Shown here: positions 62,990-64,000 of the stretch, one piece after another
How positions within the stretch are numbered: position 1 is the stretch's first letter
How the letters are laid out: each line of letters opens with the position of its first letter
DNA from: Synechococcus sp.
GTDB lineage: Bacteria; Cyanobacteriota; Cyanobacteriia; PCC-6307; Cyanobiaceae
Direction: 5' to 3'
Assembly: GCA_047285535.1 (NCBI GenBank)
Contig: JBJBDC010000001.1
Location: 1,888,136-1,952,135 of the forward strand
DNA: 64,000 nucleotides
Notes under the pieces: generated by a model
The model's input: the letters and a program-made list of their open reading frames with translations, nothing else
Databases searched by the model: none
What the model was told of the DNA's origin: nothing
Made by a program: the position numbers and the translations under genes

Positions 62990-63133
62990 CCGTGAATCAT
63001 GGCTACGATCGAAACAACCTGGAGCATGAAGCCATGCAGCCAAAGCGATCTCAGAGTTGCTATCCGTGGAGAGCTCCGTGATTTGCAGACGCAGCAAAAT
63101 ATGCCGAGTAGTGATCGGAACCGTCCAATCAAT
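62990..63133. repeat. Dispersed repeat, copy C
   Basis: AAGCCATGC..AACGATC-like, GAGCTCC..CAGACGC and GTGATCGGAACC..AATCAAT shared with copy D. Confidence 0.65.
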
Positions 63134-63169
63134 CATTAGGGCCCACACAACAACCGAGGTCGCATTGCA

Positions 63170-63712
63170 ATGAACGTTCGCGAACGATTAGAGGCAGGCC
63201 GTGCTACCACGAAAGACGCTTTTGAGGTCTTCGATTCACTTGAGCCCGTCGATGTTGGTTTTATGATTGGTAATTGGAAGGGTGAAAGCTTCCATACCAA
63301 TCACCCAATGGACGGCCTTCTTGAGGTCTATCACTGGTATGGAAAACGTTTTGAAAGTCTCGAAGATGTGCATCCGTTGGTGTTTTCAACACTTCGCGGC
63401 GGCGTGACCACTGTCAATCCCGCCTTGATGGGGTCGGCATTGCATGTGCCCATGCCAAAGTCAGCGATGGTGGGTCGTCTCTTCCAAACACTGTTGCCTT
63501 TGCTGTCAACGTCCCGGTCTACAGCTCGGCTGCGCATGACAACGTATCGGGGCAAGTCGAGCGCAACCATGATTTACGACCAGCTACCGATTAACGACGT
63601 GTTTCGCAAAATTGATCAGGATGCCGTGCTGGGCGTCATGGATTTGAAGGGAATGAAGGTGCCGTTCTTCTTCATCCTTCACCGTGAACATGGGGGCAAA
63701 AAATCCCCTTAA
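63170..63712 (+). CDS. GXWXG/DUF4334 domain protein
   Basis: FDSLEPV...GNWKG..FHTNHPMDG, WYGKRF, ATMIYDQLPINDVFRK. Confidence 0.88.
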   Translation: MNVRERLEAGRATTKDAFEVFDSLEPVDVGFMIGNWKGESFHTNHPMDGLLEVYHWYGKRFESLEDVHPLVFSTLRGGVTTVNPALMGSALHVPMPKSAMVGRLFQTLLPLLSTSRSTARLRMTTYRGKSSATMIYDQLPINDVFRKIDQDAVLGVMDLKGMKVPFFFILHREHGGKKSP

Positions 63713-63784
63713 GGCAGTGAGTCTAGATGGTCCATTGTCTTCACTCAAGCGTGCGACTTAGTCATCACAGTTCATTTCATACAG

Positions 63785-63993
63785 ATCAAACATCTGTCTG
63801 GATGAAGCTCGCTTCATCGCCATAGACCCGGCTGAACAGTTGGTTATCGGATGGGTGAACCATGGCTCTTATTTGGCAAGAAGTTTCAAAGCCATGCGAT
63901 CAAAACGATCCGAGCACTCTTATCCATGCAGAGCTCCATGGTTCACAGACGCTGGTGAAGATGGGGAGTGGTGATCGGAACCCTCTAATCAAT
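63785..63993. repeat. Dispersed repeat, copy D, with internal inverted repeat
   Basis: Colinear with copy B; GTGAACCATGG (63855) / CCATGGTTCAC (63936). Confidence 0.75.
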
Positions 63994-64000
63994 AAATTGT

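Noticed and set aside
47822..63993. Dispersed repeats as a possible CRISPR array
   Set aside because: Copies are kilobases apart, long and diverged, with no regular spacers and no cas genes

Overview
The window looks like a marine Synechococcus-type picocyanobacterial chromosome (ndhH, phylloquinone men cluster, ycf29-type regulator, DUF3104/DUF3285 genes). Region 1-6 kb is a small accessory block: catabolic alsS plus alsD/budA, a CAP protein and a cupin. Region 6-31.7 kb is mostly core genes (rluA, iscS, rsmH, ndhH, menI/E/C/A/F, gshB, grxC, frameshifted prfB, ybeY, dgkA, trpG, ansA, hisC). From about 31.8 kb to the end is a hypervariable island around argS. It holds decayed duplicates of neighbouring genes (argS, ansA-hisC, an ICL/PEP-mutase gene, intI) and a complete integron whose integrase points toward the array. 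The integron has a putative attI, one intact cassette with a textbook attC, and a long run of co-oriented cassette-like genes separated by eroded attC-like sites and a dispersed ~200-bp repeat. Within that run is a two-gene unit (polytopic membrane protein with a C-terminal TIR-like domain plus a SLATT/DUF4231 2TM protein), the best candidate for an undescribed defence or signalling system. All calls were made by eye from motifs; no searches were run.
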